Positions 20,701 to 30,124 of a stretch of 64,000 nt of DNA are shown piece by piece. The DNA lies in NCBI GenBank assembly GCA_965246885.1, contig OZ251992.1, positions 640,001 through 704,000 on the forward strand, given 5' to 3'. How positions within the stretch are numbered: position 1 is the first letter of the stretch; each line of letters starts with the position of its first letter. The translations under genes and the position numbers were made by a program. The stretch is from Abditibacterium sp. GTDB taxonomy: Bacteria; Armatimonadota; Abditibacteriia; Abditibacteriales; Abditibacteriaceae. The notes under the pieces are model-generated. The model was not told the origin of the DNA and did no database searches. It saw nothing but the letters and a program-made list of their open reading frames with translations.

Positions 20701-20856
20701 GAGGCGGGCGCGGTAGCTCCAGCGCGCTTCGAGGTCGTCCTCGGAATATCGAAACGGCATGGCGCGTGCTTCGAGTGGATGGGGTTTGGGATTGGCCAAC
20801 GAGGCGCGGGCGCCGCCCAACAAGGGCAGCAAGAGGAGCAAGCGCAGGGAGTGCAT
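17794..20856 (-). CDS. Large secreted beta-rich protein with internal PDZ domain
   Basis: Signal peptide MHSLRLLLLLPLLGGARASLA; PDZ segment IGVNITPV...VEAGSPAQVAGFRNGDVV. Confidence 0.72.
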   Translation of the reverse strand: MHSLRLLLLLPLLGGARASLANPKPHPLEARAMPFRYSEDDLEARWSYRARLEAPGQGEAAWLFGQDKDNAVIVSVFREDGKLMGEVRRQAKAMFNAGKGWIPMAGTLAIRSKKFALDGDAGEIGIIRVGSDFKVLWNGHVKAQMQTDLGGVRFGMRVSGGWKRLDAQWQPTEPVVFRDDFMRADGPGSPEAASVWSADAGWKTSGTLGPKADASLSPNPFVFRAAGGNAHEAHTGKWFWNSYAVSASVRAVAPEGDDSSPLVAGLEAFESGTSGVRGEVDFRKGVARILMSERGHNAPFIHQREVAHSAPFDAAIGEWHRLRLEPSNGAVRLLFDGREVARAACDLAQGGVALRAQTGALSLVDFDDVRVQNGPEQAGEGQLPDRLVKDRLMRNWASAASAWKRDARGIWWHTGDFWGAATLDVPLPKLAEGQGYRFYLGATTEAPQSGAPSVLLERHAGKLRALAGGKTVALPAAPASNGVQLRRTPQADGSFSTTLGWNGARVLTVQGAGGTKIGIEPTRGAAPIPIPPLQKLDIRATTFERDGHTVIGVNITPVSPAIARDMGLPDATGAVIDNVEAGSPAQVAGFRNGDVVRSANGARVTDVDTMRAAVGAVHAPGSLMLQILRAPGDGSGLDWAACRASTPNQLDYAFTTAPVDWHPARGDWEVAERWTCSPQWSFFAGQNDEFPLLWSRFALKGDWTLEAYMATPMDLTRGERSPTDLNISVGDGRSISGGYSFAFGARNRSQNLIWRENAVALAKPFQMPPSAGETHQDWFYIRLERRHTARGVRFRWSANGQPLGDYEDTNPLAVGNANRLAFWTKNGALSLARVRLWHNGLAPLAPDARVVLSGVTALAGFSARGTGRDVSALLSPAPQGAVEVRNPRDGGDWTLTAAKGAAALGTGKGAFSFQYRATPDVKLNLYAHVGGSWREIAWTGGSAKPEDNQPTLGAIEDVRTDGQWHTARFDLAGALQKNGLAGNPVEALAFAAPARDYLRQGLGGNAQGARYWLREWKWSE

Positions 20857-20963
20857 GGGGTCTTGGTTGGACTTGTCATGGAAGGTGGGGGTTCCGGCCC
20901 TTGACACATCGGGGCACCGGCATTGCTTGCGTACAGTGTGTTCTACGGAACAGGAGCGAATCA

Positions 20964-21554
20964 ATGACAGCTACAACCCAAATTCAGTGGCGCCACGACA
21001 TCATGGGCGCGCGGGCCGAAGCGCAGGCTTCCGACGGAAAAAAGATGGTGCTCATCGAGTGCTTCTCGCCGACGTGCATCTCCTGCAAAAACATGGAAGA
21101 GCGGACATGGAGCGACGACATGGTGCAGCAGATACTCGAAACCGAGACCGTCCCGGTGCAACTCAACGTGTTGGAAGACCCCTCCACTGGCAAACCGCCG
21201 CTCCTCGCGTATTGGACGCCGACAATCATCGCCATGTGCAAAGACGGCAACATCCACCGGCGCTGGATGGGTTTCTTGCCACCGCACGAGTTTCTCGGCG
21301 AACTCGCGCTGTCGCGCGTAGCGTATGCCCTCGCCCGCCAAGATTATGGGGAAGCGCACCGGTTGGCCCAAGAAGCGACGCAGTGGACGGAAAACGACGA
21401 AGTGCGGCACTCCGAAGCGCTCTATTGGCAAGCCGTGTCCGCGTACAAGGCGAGCGACAACCAAGAACTGCTCATCGCCGGTTGGAAAGATTTGCTCTCC
21501 CGCTTCCCACATTCCGAGTGGGCCAAGCGCGTGGACTTCGCCGCCAGTTTGTAG
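20964..21554 (+). CDS. Thioredoxin-fold protein with C-terminal TPR-like helix pair
   Basis: CISC CxxC, WTPT cis-Pro motif, EALYWQAV...FPHSEWA. Confidence 0.75.
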   Translation: MTATTQIQWRHDIMGARAEAQASDGKKMVLIECFSPTCISCKNMEERTWSDDMVQQILETETVPVQLNVLEDPSTGKPPLLAYWTPTIIAMCKDGNIHRRWMGFLPPHEFLGELALSRVAYALARQDYGEAHRLAQEATQWTENDEVRHSEALYWQAVSAYKASDNQELLIAGWKDLLSRFPHSEWAKRVDFAASL

Positions 21555-21556
21555 AC

Positions 21557-21730
21557 GGACGGCGGCGGGCCATTCCCAGACGTCTGGGAACGATCTCCGG
21601 ACGTCTGTCACTCATTCACGGACATCCGTCAGTGATTCCCAGATGTCGGCGGCGGGATGACAGACGTCTGTCAGGCGCCCGCCGCCGTCCCGCAATGCCT
21701 GACAGACGTCTGGGAATAGTCGCCAGACGG
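21557..21730. repeat. 21-nt-phased array of the palindrome CAGACGTCTG
   Basis: Cores at 21577, 21598, 21619, 21640, 21661, 21703, 21724; inverted repeat 21557-21570/21677-21690. Confidence 0.85.
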
Positions 21731-21776
21731 CGGTGGACGGTTCACCGATACTCCGGCAACTCCTACACTGGGCAGT

Positions 21777-22619
21777 ATGAATTTCGTTCGTCTCGTTTTG
21801 CCAGTCGCCGCTGTCTGGGGCGCCTCGTCGTGCGCCCAGTCTGCACCAAAAGTCGTCCAAGTCCCACACAACGCCTCCGCTCCAGCGTCCGCCAAGGCGA
21901 CTCCGGCCAAGGTGAAGTTGTTTGACGCCCACGAGCACCAATGGCAAGGCACCGGCACCAAGCGCACCCGCCCGCGCTTCGGCGTTAAAGGCAAGAACGG
22001 CTTCTTTTTCACGTCGGGCATGACCATTGACGCCGACGGAAGCCCGCGCGCGTTCAACCGCGTCTCCTCCAAAGGCTTGGACGACCTCCAAAACGCGGGG
22101 CACCCCGGCAACTGGTGGGGCATCATGACAAACAACGGCGAAACATCGGGCCGCCCCATCATGCAACGCAAAGGCGACCCGGCGCCCGGTTTTTATATCT
22201 CCCAAACCGGCCTCGAAGACACCAGCAAGCGCGAAACCGACCCGAACCGCTACGTGGATGCCGAACGCGTGCCCTACATTGTCCTGAGCGGCACCAAGAA
22301 GCAGAACATGGACGCCCAATTTGGCGACTACGCCGTCGTGCTCAACAAAGCCAACGGCAAATACGCCTTTGCGCTGTGCGGCGACGAGTGGCCCGAAGTC
22401 AAAATCGGCGAAGGCTCCATCGCCCTCGCCAAAGCCATCGGCGTTCCCGCCGACCCGCGCGACGGCGGCGTGGACGACGGCATCGTCTATCTCATCTTCC
22501 CCCACTCGCGCCGCACTCCTTGGCACGCGGGCGAAACCCTGAAGCAAACCGATGCCGCCGCGCAAAAAGTCTTGGACGCCTGGGGCGGCATCGAGCAACT
22601 GCGGGCGCTGGCGAAGTAA
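21777..22619 (+). CDS. Glycoside hydrolase family 75 (chitosanase-like), exported
   Basis: MTIDADG, YVDAERVPYIVL, GD..P...IGEGSIALA motifs; N-terminal signal or lipoprotein-like leader. Confidence 0.75.
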   Translation: MNFVRLVLPVAAVWGASSCAQSAPKVVQVPHNASAPASAKATPAKVKLFDAHEHQWQGTGTKRTRPRFGVKGKNGFFFTSGMTIDADGSPRAFNRVSSKGLDDLQNAGHPGNWWGIMTNNGETSGRPIMQRKGDPAPGFYISQTGLEDTSKRETDPNRYVDAERVPYIVLSGTKKQNMDAQFGDYAVVLNKANGKYAFALCGDEWPEVKIGEGSIALAKAIGVPADPRDGGVDDGIVYLIFPHSRRTPWHAGETLKQTDAAAQKVLDAWGGIEQLRALAK

Positions 22620-22676
22620 GGCTCCGCTTAGTCAATTCTCTATCCAGCGCACGCGGCGCCCCTTAAACTTCTACCC

Positions 22677-22934
22677 ATGATCGAGAACTTTGGCGACCTG
22701 CCGCCCGAAGAACGGGCGCGCTTGGTGGTGGAGGAGCGGCGGGGCATCGAGCGGAGCAACGAAAGGATGCACGTTCAGGCTGAGGGAATGCGCGCGCAAA
22801 ATGAACAGCTGCGGCGGTTGCTCGAAGAGCGGCGAACGGTGCTGGCGCGCTTGCGCGAAGTGGCGGCGGGGTTGTTAGCCGAAGATGAGCGCATCGGGCG
22901 CGAAGTGGCGCGGGTGCTAACTAAGACACCATGA
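22677..22934 (+). CDS. Small coiled-coil protein coupled to HNH gene (module 1)
   Basis: 85 aa, E/R/L-rich heptads; stop overlaps HNH ATG (ATGA). Confidence 0.65.
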   Translation: MIENFGDLPPEERARLVVEERRGIERSNERMHVQAEGMRAQNEQLRRLLEERRTVLARLREVAAGLLAEDERIGREVARVLTKTP

Positions 22935-23401
22935 CCCACGAAGAGCGTGAGCAGACGCGCGCCCGGTTTAGTTTCGCGTGCGGTTACTGCGGCGTGAGCC
23001 AAACCCTAAGCGGGGCCGCCCTCACGTTTGATCATTTTCAGCCCAATTCACGCGGCGGAGCTAACGAAGAAGCTAACTGGGTCGCGTGTTGCCACGCTTG
23101 CAACGAGTTCAAAGGCGCATATTGGCCCGCAACGCCAGAACAACATCCCTTGCTTCATCCAGAGCGTGACGTTTGGGGTGAACACCTGCACGAAGGCGGT
23201 TTGGGAGAACTGGAAGGCGCCACACCTCGCGGAGTCTTTCACATCGCGCGCCTTCACCTCAATCGGCCAGAGCTAATCGCGCATCGCCTTTTTCTCCGGG
23301 AAGTCGCGCGCGAGCAAGCCGAGCGGCAAGCGATCTTCGAGGAACTACGCGCGGTAGCGGAAGAAGTAAACCGACTACGCCTCCAAATCGAGGGGACATA
23401 A
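22931..23401 (+). CDS. HNH endonuclease (McrA-like zinc-binding), module 1
   Basis: CGYCG, DHFQPNSRGG, NWVACCHACNEFKG, C-terminal coiled coil. Confidence 0.88.
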   Translation: MTHEEREQTRARFSFACGYCGVSQTLSGAALTFDHFQPNSRGGANEEANWVACCHACNEFKGAYWPATPEQHPLLHPERDVWGEHLHEGGLGELEGATPRGVFHIARLHLNRPELIAHRLFLREVAREQAERQAIFEELRAVAEEVNRLRLQIEGT

Positions 23402-23402
23402 C

Positions 23403-23578
23403 AAGCCCCGCGTGCATCGCACGCGGGGCTGTAGTGTAACCGGGGCCGGGCTTAATACATGCCGCCCATGCCACCCATATCGCCGCCACCGCCGCCCATC
23501 GGGGCGGGGTTCTTTATCAAGCTCGCAATCGAAGCGGCGTTTTGCGGCGCCGAGCGCGTCACTTTCACGGGGCCAACA
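23403..23578 (-). pseudogene. Duplicated, diverged groEL 3' end plus terminator
   Basis: Encodes [39 protein letters not shown], matching the groEL C-terminus with a 12-codon deletion; hairpin AGCCCCGCGTG...CACGCGGGGCT matches 24952-24980. Confidence 0.9.
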
Positions 23579-23604
23579 ATGTTGGCACGACTTAAACTAA
23601 AGGT

Positions 23605-23829
23605 ATGGAACAAGTTCACATAACCATCGAAGAACAGGACGCGCGCTTGGAAGAGGCGACAAAGCAACTCGACGCTCAAATCGAGGCAAAACGTGAGCGG
23701 GTGCGGCAGTTGGAAGAACTTGTGGCGGCTCAACGCGACTTCCAGCGCGAGTTGGAACAAACCCTCGCCCACTTGCGCGGAAAGAACCAGATGCTACGCC
23801 AAAAGAAGGATTCTCTCTTGGCTCGATGA
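23605..23829 (+). CDS. Small coiled-coil protein coupled to HNH gene (module 2)
   Basis: 74 aa heptad-rich; ATGA overlap with the following HNH gene. Confidence 0.65.
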   Translation: MEQVHITIEEQDARLEEATKQLDAQIEAKRERVRQLEELVAAQRDFQRELEQTLAHLRGKNQMLRQKKDSLLAR

Positions 23830-24293
23830 CCACACACGAACAAGACGAACTGCGGGCGCAATTCGATTTTCGATGCGGCTACTGCGGCGTGAGTGAAGTA
23901 TTTGCTGGCGCGGTTTTGCACTGCGATCACTTCCACCCGACTTCGCGCGGTGGGCCGGATGACGCAAGCAACTGGGTGTATGGTTGCGTGGCTTGCAATG
24001 GGTTTAAAGGTGCCTACTGGCCACGCAACGCGACCGGGTTATCGCTTTTGCACCCATTCCGCGATGACTTGTCGCTTCACATCCGCGAAGAGAACGGAAC
24101 GTTCGTCGGTCTTTCGCCGCGCGGCCACTTCCACATTGAATTGTTGCACCTCAACCGCGCACCTCTTGTGCGGCATCGCCAAAAACTGGTCGATGACCGC
24201 AAAGTGGAGGAGCGCATCCGGGAACTCAAACTTCAAGTCGAAGCGGGCAGCGAAATCATCGCGCGTTTGTTGGAGCAGATGGACGAGTTGTGA
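23826..24293 (+). CDS. HNH endonuclease, module 2 (paralog of 22931-23401)
   Basis: CGYCG, DHFHPTSRGG, NWVYGCVACNGFKG, LHLNR, C-terminal coiled coil. Confidence 0.88.
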   Translation: MTTHEQDELRAQFDFRCGYCGVSEVFAGAVLHCDHFHPTSRGGPDDASNWVYGCVACNGFKGAYWPRNATGLSLLHPFRDDLSLHIREENGTFVGLSPRGHFHIELLHLNRAPLVRHRQKLVDDRKVEERIRELKLQVEAGSEIIARLLEQMDEL

Positions 24294-24324
24294 ACCGGAC
24301 TCTCATTAAGGAAGAAACAAACTG

Positions 24325-24927
24325 ATGCCTCACCCACGATTCGGCGTTGAGTTCGCCTTGACTGATGTGACTTGGTTCGCTCCTAACGCGCCCAAACCCC
24401 GGTTCGGAATTGACTACGCCAGCCAAGATCAAGAGGTTCGCGTCGGGGACGAAATTTGGATTTATTTGGCCAGTTACTCTCCTGCGCTCGCCCAATTCTT
24501 GAGCCTGCCTTTTTGGGCGCTGTTTGAGCATTGGACGACCCACATCAACGGCTTCAGCGATGCACCGGAGAACTTGGATAGAATGCGATTGGTTTTGTGC
24601 AAGCCGATTCCCGAATCGTCCGGCGACGAGCAGAAAAACCTCTTTTCGGTTCGTTGTTTGGAAGTTTTGGCGATTGACGAGATTCCCGCTCGCTTTGCTT
24701 TCAACGAGGAGCCACTCATTTTGGATTTGACGAGTCCACACGACCGAGTCAGCCAAATCTTCAAGTGCCCACAATTCACAATCTATGCTGGTGGTCAGGA
24801 AGGAATTGTTTGGTATTGGATAGTTACGAATCAAGAGCCACATCTGTTGGTAACCTATGGCTTCTTTCTCGAGCGCCACGACAAATGGGAAATTTGCAAT
24901 CGCCCTTTCATCTTGAAAAACGGCTAA
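24325..24927 (+). CDS. Hypothetical protein, visibly more AT-rich than flanks
   Basis: 200-aa ORF with AAGGAAG RBS; no recognisable motif. Confidence 0.6.
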   Translation: MPHPRFGVEFALTDVTWFAPNAPKPRFGIDYASQDQEVRVGDEIWIYLASYSPALAQFLSLPFWALFEHWTTHINGFSDAPENLDRMRLVLCKPIPESSGDEQKNLFSVRCLEVLAIDEIPARFAFNEEPLILDLTSPHDRVSQIFKCPQFTIYAGGQEGIVWYWIVTNQEPHLLVTYGFFLERHDKWEICNRPFILKNG

Positions 24928-24949
24928 TCTTGGGTTAACCAGCCAAACG

Positions 24950-24980
24950 AAAAGCCCCGCGTGTTACGCACGCGGGGCCT
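24950..24980. terminator. groEL terminator (possibly bidirectional)
   Basis: AAAAGCCCCGCGTG-ttacg-CACGCGGGGC hairpin, U tract on minus strand. Confidence 0.8.
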
Positions 24981-25004
24981 AAGTTTAACCGGCGGGCCGG
25001 GCGC

Positions 25005-26735
<1,731 letters not shown>

Positions 26736-26736
26736 G

Positions 26737-27030
26737 TTAGGCTTCTTTGACTGCGAGGATGCTCGATTCGTCCAGAATCAGGTACTCGGTGCCGTCCACT
26801 TTGACTTCGGTGCCGCCATACTTAGAGTAAATGACGAGGTCGCCGACTTTGACGTCGAGTTCGACTTTCTGGCCGGAGTCGAGCGTGCGGCCCGTTCCGA
26901 CGGCGATGACGGTGCCCTCTTGCGGGCGCTCTTTGGCAGAGTCGGGAAGCGCGATGCCCCCGGCGGTCATTTCGCCCGATTTGCTGGGCTGGACGAGAAC
27001 TTTGTCGCCCAATGGTTTGATGTTGGCCAT
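26737..27030 (-). CDS. groES: Co-chaperonin GroES
   Basis: [32 protein letters not shown]. Confidence 0.98.
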   Translation of the reverse strand: MANIKPLGDKVLVQPSKSGEMTAGGIALPDSAKERPQEGTVIAVGTGRTLDSGQKVELDVKVGDLVIYSKYGGTEVKVDGTEYLILDESSILAVKEA

Positions 27031-27064
27031 TTTCGGTTGGTTTGTGCTCCTGCGAAAAGGGTTG

Positions 27065-27091
27065 TTAGCACTCCCCTTTCGAGAGTGCTAA
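27065..27091. promoter_or_regulatory. CIRCE element (HrcA operator)
   Basis: Perfect TTAGCACTC-N9-GAGTGCTAA upstream of groES. Confidence 0.97.
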
Positions 27092-27216
27092 TCCCAAAGA
27101 AGAGATTGTAAGCGTCTGGTTCCCCCGGCGCAAGGCATCCGGCGGAAAAATCCAAAATAAAGTTGGCAGCAACCGCTTTCGGTTTGGGGTAAAATGGTGG
27201 CGGGAGAAGAAACACA

Positions 27217-27987
27217 ATGCAACCACCACAAAGCCCGTTCAACCAACCCAACTACGGCCAAGGCGCGCCCTACGGCGCTCCGGCTCCCCAAACCCCACGC
27301 GGCACGGTTTCGCTTGACGTCATCGGCGAAGCGTGGAAATTAGTTTCGGCCAACATGGGCACTTGGATCGCGGCGACGGCCATTTATCTGGTCGTCGGGC
27401 TAATCTTCAACGGTCTGGAACGTGCCACGCAAACGCATGGGCCAAGCGGTCTGCCGCAAAACACACCGTTTTCCTTCCTCATTTTGGGCTTCAGCATATT
27501 CATCACCCAGTTCTTAGTGGGCGGCTTGATGCGCATGGCGCTCACGACGGTCAAGGGCGGCAAAGCCGAAATCTCAGAAATGTTCACCGCCGGAGACGTG
27601 CTGATGTCGCTGGTCATTGCGGCCATTATCACCGGCATTGCCATCGGCGTCGGCATCGTGCTGTGCATCATCCCCGGCCTCATCGTGGCGTCGGGATTGG
27701 CTTTGGTGACGCCCATCATTGTGGACAAGCGCCAAGGCGCAATTGCGGCGCTGGGCGAATCGTGGGGCGCGATGACACCCAATTTGATGATGGGGATTAT
27801 CTTGGGCATCGTGCTTCTACTCATCATTTTTGTCAGCGCCCTGCCGTGTGGTTTGGGGTTGTTAGTCACCATCCCGTTGGCGCAGGTTTCCATTGCTCTG
27901 GTTTACCGCGACCTATTCGGCATCGGCACCGGTGCGCCGCAACAAACGGGTTACACCCCGCCGCCCATCGCCAACCCGAACTTCTAA
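27217..27987 (+). CDS. Integral membrane protein with Pro-rich termini
   Basis: Multiple TM helices, LCIIPG and LPCGLGLLVTIP motifs. Confidence 0.75.
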   Translation: MQPPQSPFNQPNYGQGAPYGAPAPQTPRGTVSLDVIGEAWKLVSANMGTWIAATAIYLVVGLIFNGLERATQTHGPSGLPQNTPFSFLILGFSIFITQFLVGGLMRMALTTVKGGKAEISEMFTAGDVLMSLVIAAIITGIAIGVGIVLCIIPGLIVASGLALVTPIIVDKRQGAIAALGESWGAMTPNLMMGIILGIVLLLIIFVSALPCGLGLLVTIPLAQVSIALVYRDLFGIGTGAPQQTGYTPPPIANPNF

Positions 27988-28012
27988 TCGGGCGGCAACG
28001 CGCCCGCCGCCA

Positions 28013-28181
28013 TCCCCCACGCGACGGCGGGAGGAAATCACGGCGCGCGGGGAGGTATTATTCCCGTGCGGGGAGGAATTTACGGCGTGCGGGGAGGTAA
28101 TCATGGGACGCGGGGAGGTATTCTTCCCATGATTTCCTCCCCACACGGGATTATTTCCTCCCCGCGTCGCGTGGGGGACGT
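28013..28181. repeat. 169-bp MITE-like element, copy 1
   Basis: Identical to 32899-33067; GGGAGG cores at 21-nt spacing; inverted ends TCCCCCACGCGACG/CGTCGCGTGGGGGA. Confidence 0.9.
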
Positions 28182-28279
28182 CTGTCGCGGGAGCGGGGGA
28201 CGGTGTAGAACAGGTTCGAGGAAAATGGCTTAGTCGGCGGGTGCTTCGGGAAGTGGCGCCTTCTCATGGGTTCCCGCTG

Positions 28280-29116
28280 TTAGGGCGTCTTGTCGGAAGC
28301 GTGCACTTGGCTTTGTAGCGAGAGAAACGCTTGACGTTGCAAGGCTTGGAACCAGACCTGCGCGACTTTATCGGCGCCCGACTGCAAAAAATGGGTCTTG
28401 TCGTTGGGGTCTATGTCGCTTGGCGAAAGCGCCGCGAACACATCGGCCAGCGCCACGCGTTCGCCTTTTCGGGAGTGGGCGGCCACCATGAGGCGCACGC
28501 TTGCGTTGAAGGCTTCGACGGGCGCGGCGTCGGGGATGTTCTTGAAATAGCCCGGCGGGATGATGGGCGGAATGGTCGCCACGATGAGCGGCATCTTCGG
28601 GTAAGCCGTTGTAATCTGGCCAATCAGGGCGTCGAGTTGTTTGCTTCCTGCGGGGCCGTCGCTTTGATTCATGACGTTGGTGCCGATCATCAGCAGCATG
28701 ACATCGGGCCGGTAGGTTTTGAGGTCGGCCATCGCAACGGGAGCGATGCGGACAACGTTGTAGCCGGAGTAACCCGAATGTTGCGGGTTAGTCATGCCGT
28801 CGGAATTGTCGTTGCGCGAGCCAACGAACTCGAAGGAACAACCGGCGTCTTTGAGGAGCTTTTGCAACGGGGAGCGGTAGCCGCCAGTAACGTTGAAACC
28901 CGCCGTGAGGGAATCGCCGACGGGCAAGATTTTGAGCGGCCTGTCGGGGGTGTTCTCCGTATTCTTCGGGGGGACGTCGCGCCGTTGGCTGCCTGCGGGG
29001 GCTTCAAGAAAGGGTTTGGCCACAAGCGGAGCGGCCTCGCAGCCGCGCGCGCCCAAGGACAGGAACACGGCGCACAACACGGGCAGAGGACGAGGGCGAG
29101 CGGTAGGGGTCATCAT
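28280..29116 (-). CDS. SGNH/GDSL hydrolase, exported
   Basis: VGDSLT, MIGTN, DKTH catalytic blocks; signal peptide. Confidence 0.85.
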   Translation of the reverse strand: MMTPTARPRPLPVLCAVFLSLGARGCEAAPLVAKPFLEAPAGSQRRDVPPKNTENTPDRPLKILPVGDSLTAGFNVTGGYRSPLQKLLKDAGCSFEFVGSRNDNSDGMTNPQHSGYSGYNVVRIAPVAMADLKTYRPDVMLLMIGTNVMNQSDGPAGSKQLDALIGQITTAYPKMPLIVATIPPIIPPGYFKNIPDAAPVEAFNASVRLMVAAHSRKGERVALADVFAALSPSDIDPNDKTHFLQSGADKVAQVWFQALQRQAFLSLQSQVHASDKTP

Positions 29117-29194
29117 AAAGGGTGGGAGGTGGGTTAAACCAACGGCGGGGCGGCCCAAGTCGGATTGGAGCCGCCCCGCCGCTGCGTCACGCCG

Positions 29195-30025
29195 TTAGGG
29201 AGTCGAGATGTTGAAGGTGGCGTTGCCGCCCGATGCAGCGAACGACGACATGCCGCTATAAACCTTGGCCGGATGAGTCGCGTCGGCGCCTTTGAGCCAC
29301 TTGACATGCCCATCGGTGAAAGCGTAGTTGGAGCCTTCGAGGTGGCGATTGGCAACGCCGTGAGTGCCGTAAACGGCCAAGGCATTTTCCCCTGCCGTGC
29401 CGCAAGCACTCAACGCATTGAGACCGGCCCAAGACCCCGCGCCGTTGCTGCAACCGCCTTCCCAGTCGGAAGCCGAGTCAGCAAGGGGATTTTTGCCACC
29501 ATCCAACAGCATCACGGTCAAGGAGGTGTTGGTAAGCGAAGCCACGCTAATGCCCGCCGCGTTCACGTCGCTGCCCGGAATGGACAGATTGATGTTGTAA
29601 GCGTAGTCGGAGTATCCCATCCCCGCCGGGTCGCTGGGGGTGGCAGGGGGCGGCGTGGTGTCGCTGGGGCACTGCAGAATTTGCACGCTTTTGATGTAGG
29701 GCTGCATGCGGCTCCCCCAACCCTTCAAGTTGTCGCTGGCCGAGCCGCCCCAGATGGGATATTTCTCGTCGTAGTCCTGAATGTATTGGGCGAAACCTAA
29801 CCCCAACTGCTTGAGATTGGATTGGCAAGAAGCGCGGCGCGCATTTTCGCGGGCACGAGCAAAAGCGGGAAAGAGAATCGCCGCGAGGATTGCTATGATG
29901 GCAATCACTACGAGTAATTCTATAAGAGTGAACGCGTTCCTCTTAGTGGGGTTGTGCCCAGTGGCATGGTGTGCGGTGCGTTGGGTGCGCATGGTAAAGA
30001 TGGTGTTCATAGGATATGGTTCCAA
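29195..30025 (-). CDS. Prepilin-type N-terminal cleavage/methylation protein with DUF1559 and H-X9-DG motif
   Basis: [59 protein letters not shown]; exact start uncertain. Confidence 0.92.
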   Translation of the reverse strand: MEPYPMNTIFTMRTQRTAHHATGHNPTKRNAFTLIELLVVIAIIAILAAILFPAFARARENARRASCQSNLKQLGLGFAQYIQDYDEKYPIWGGSASDNLKGWGSRMQPYIKSVQILQCPSDTTPPPATPSDPAGMGYSDYAYNINLSIPGSDVNAAGISVASLTNTSLTVMLLDGGKNPLADSASDWEGGCSNGAGSWAGLNALSACGTAGENALAVYGTHGVANRHLEGSNYAFTDGHVKWLKGADATHPAKVYSGMSSFAASGGNATFNISTP

Positions 30026-30124
30026 GGAAAATGGCGTAATGGAACGCCGAATATAAACACGAAGAGCGAGTTGAGTGTCTCCTCGGTGTTGTTTTCTAAA
30101 CTGTCCGTGTAGATTCAGCGCAAG

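Noticed and set aside
21557..21730. Possible CRISPR array (also considered for 28013-28181)
   Set aside because: Period is only 21 nt, cores are ~10 nt and degenerate, there are no 30-40-nt unique spacers and no cas genes in the window.
23452..23772. 106-aa minus-strand ORF ending in GGMGGMY
   Set aside because: Chimera of the antisense of the coiled-coil gene and the groEL tail remnant; unlikely to be a real gene.
22620..25004. Intact prophage or integrative element at groEL
   Set aside because: No integrase, replication or structural genes; only ~1.4 kb lies between the repeats.
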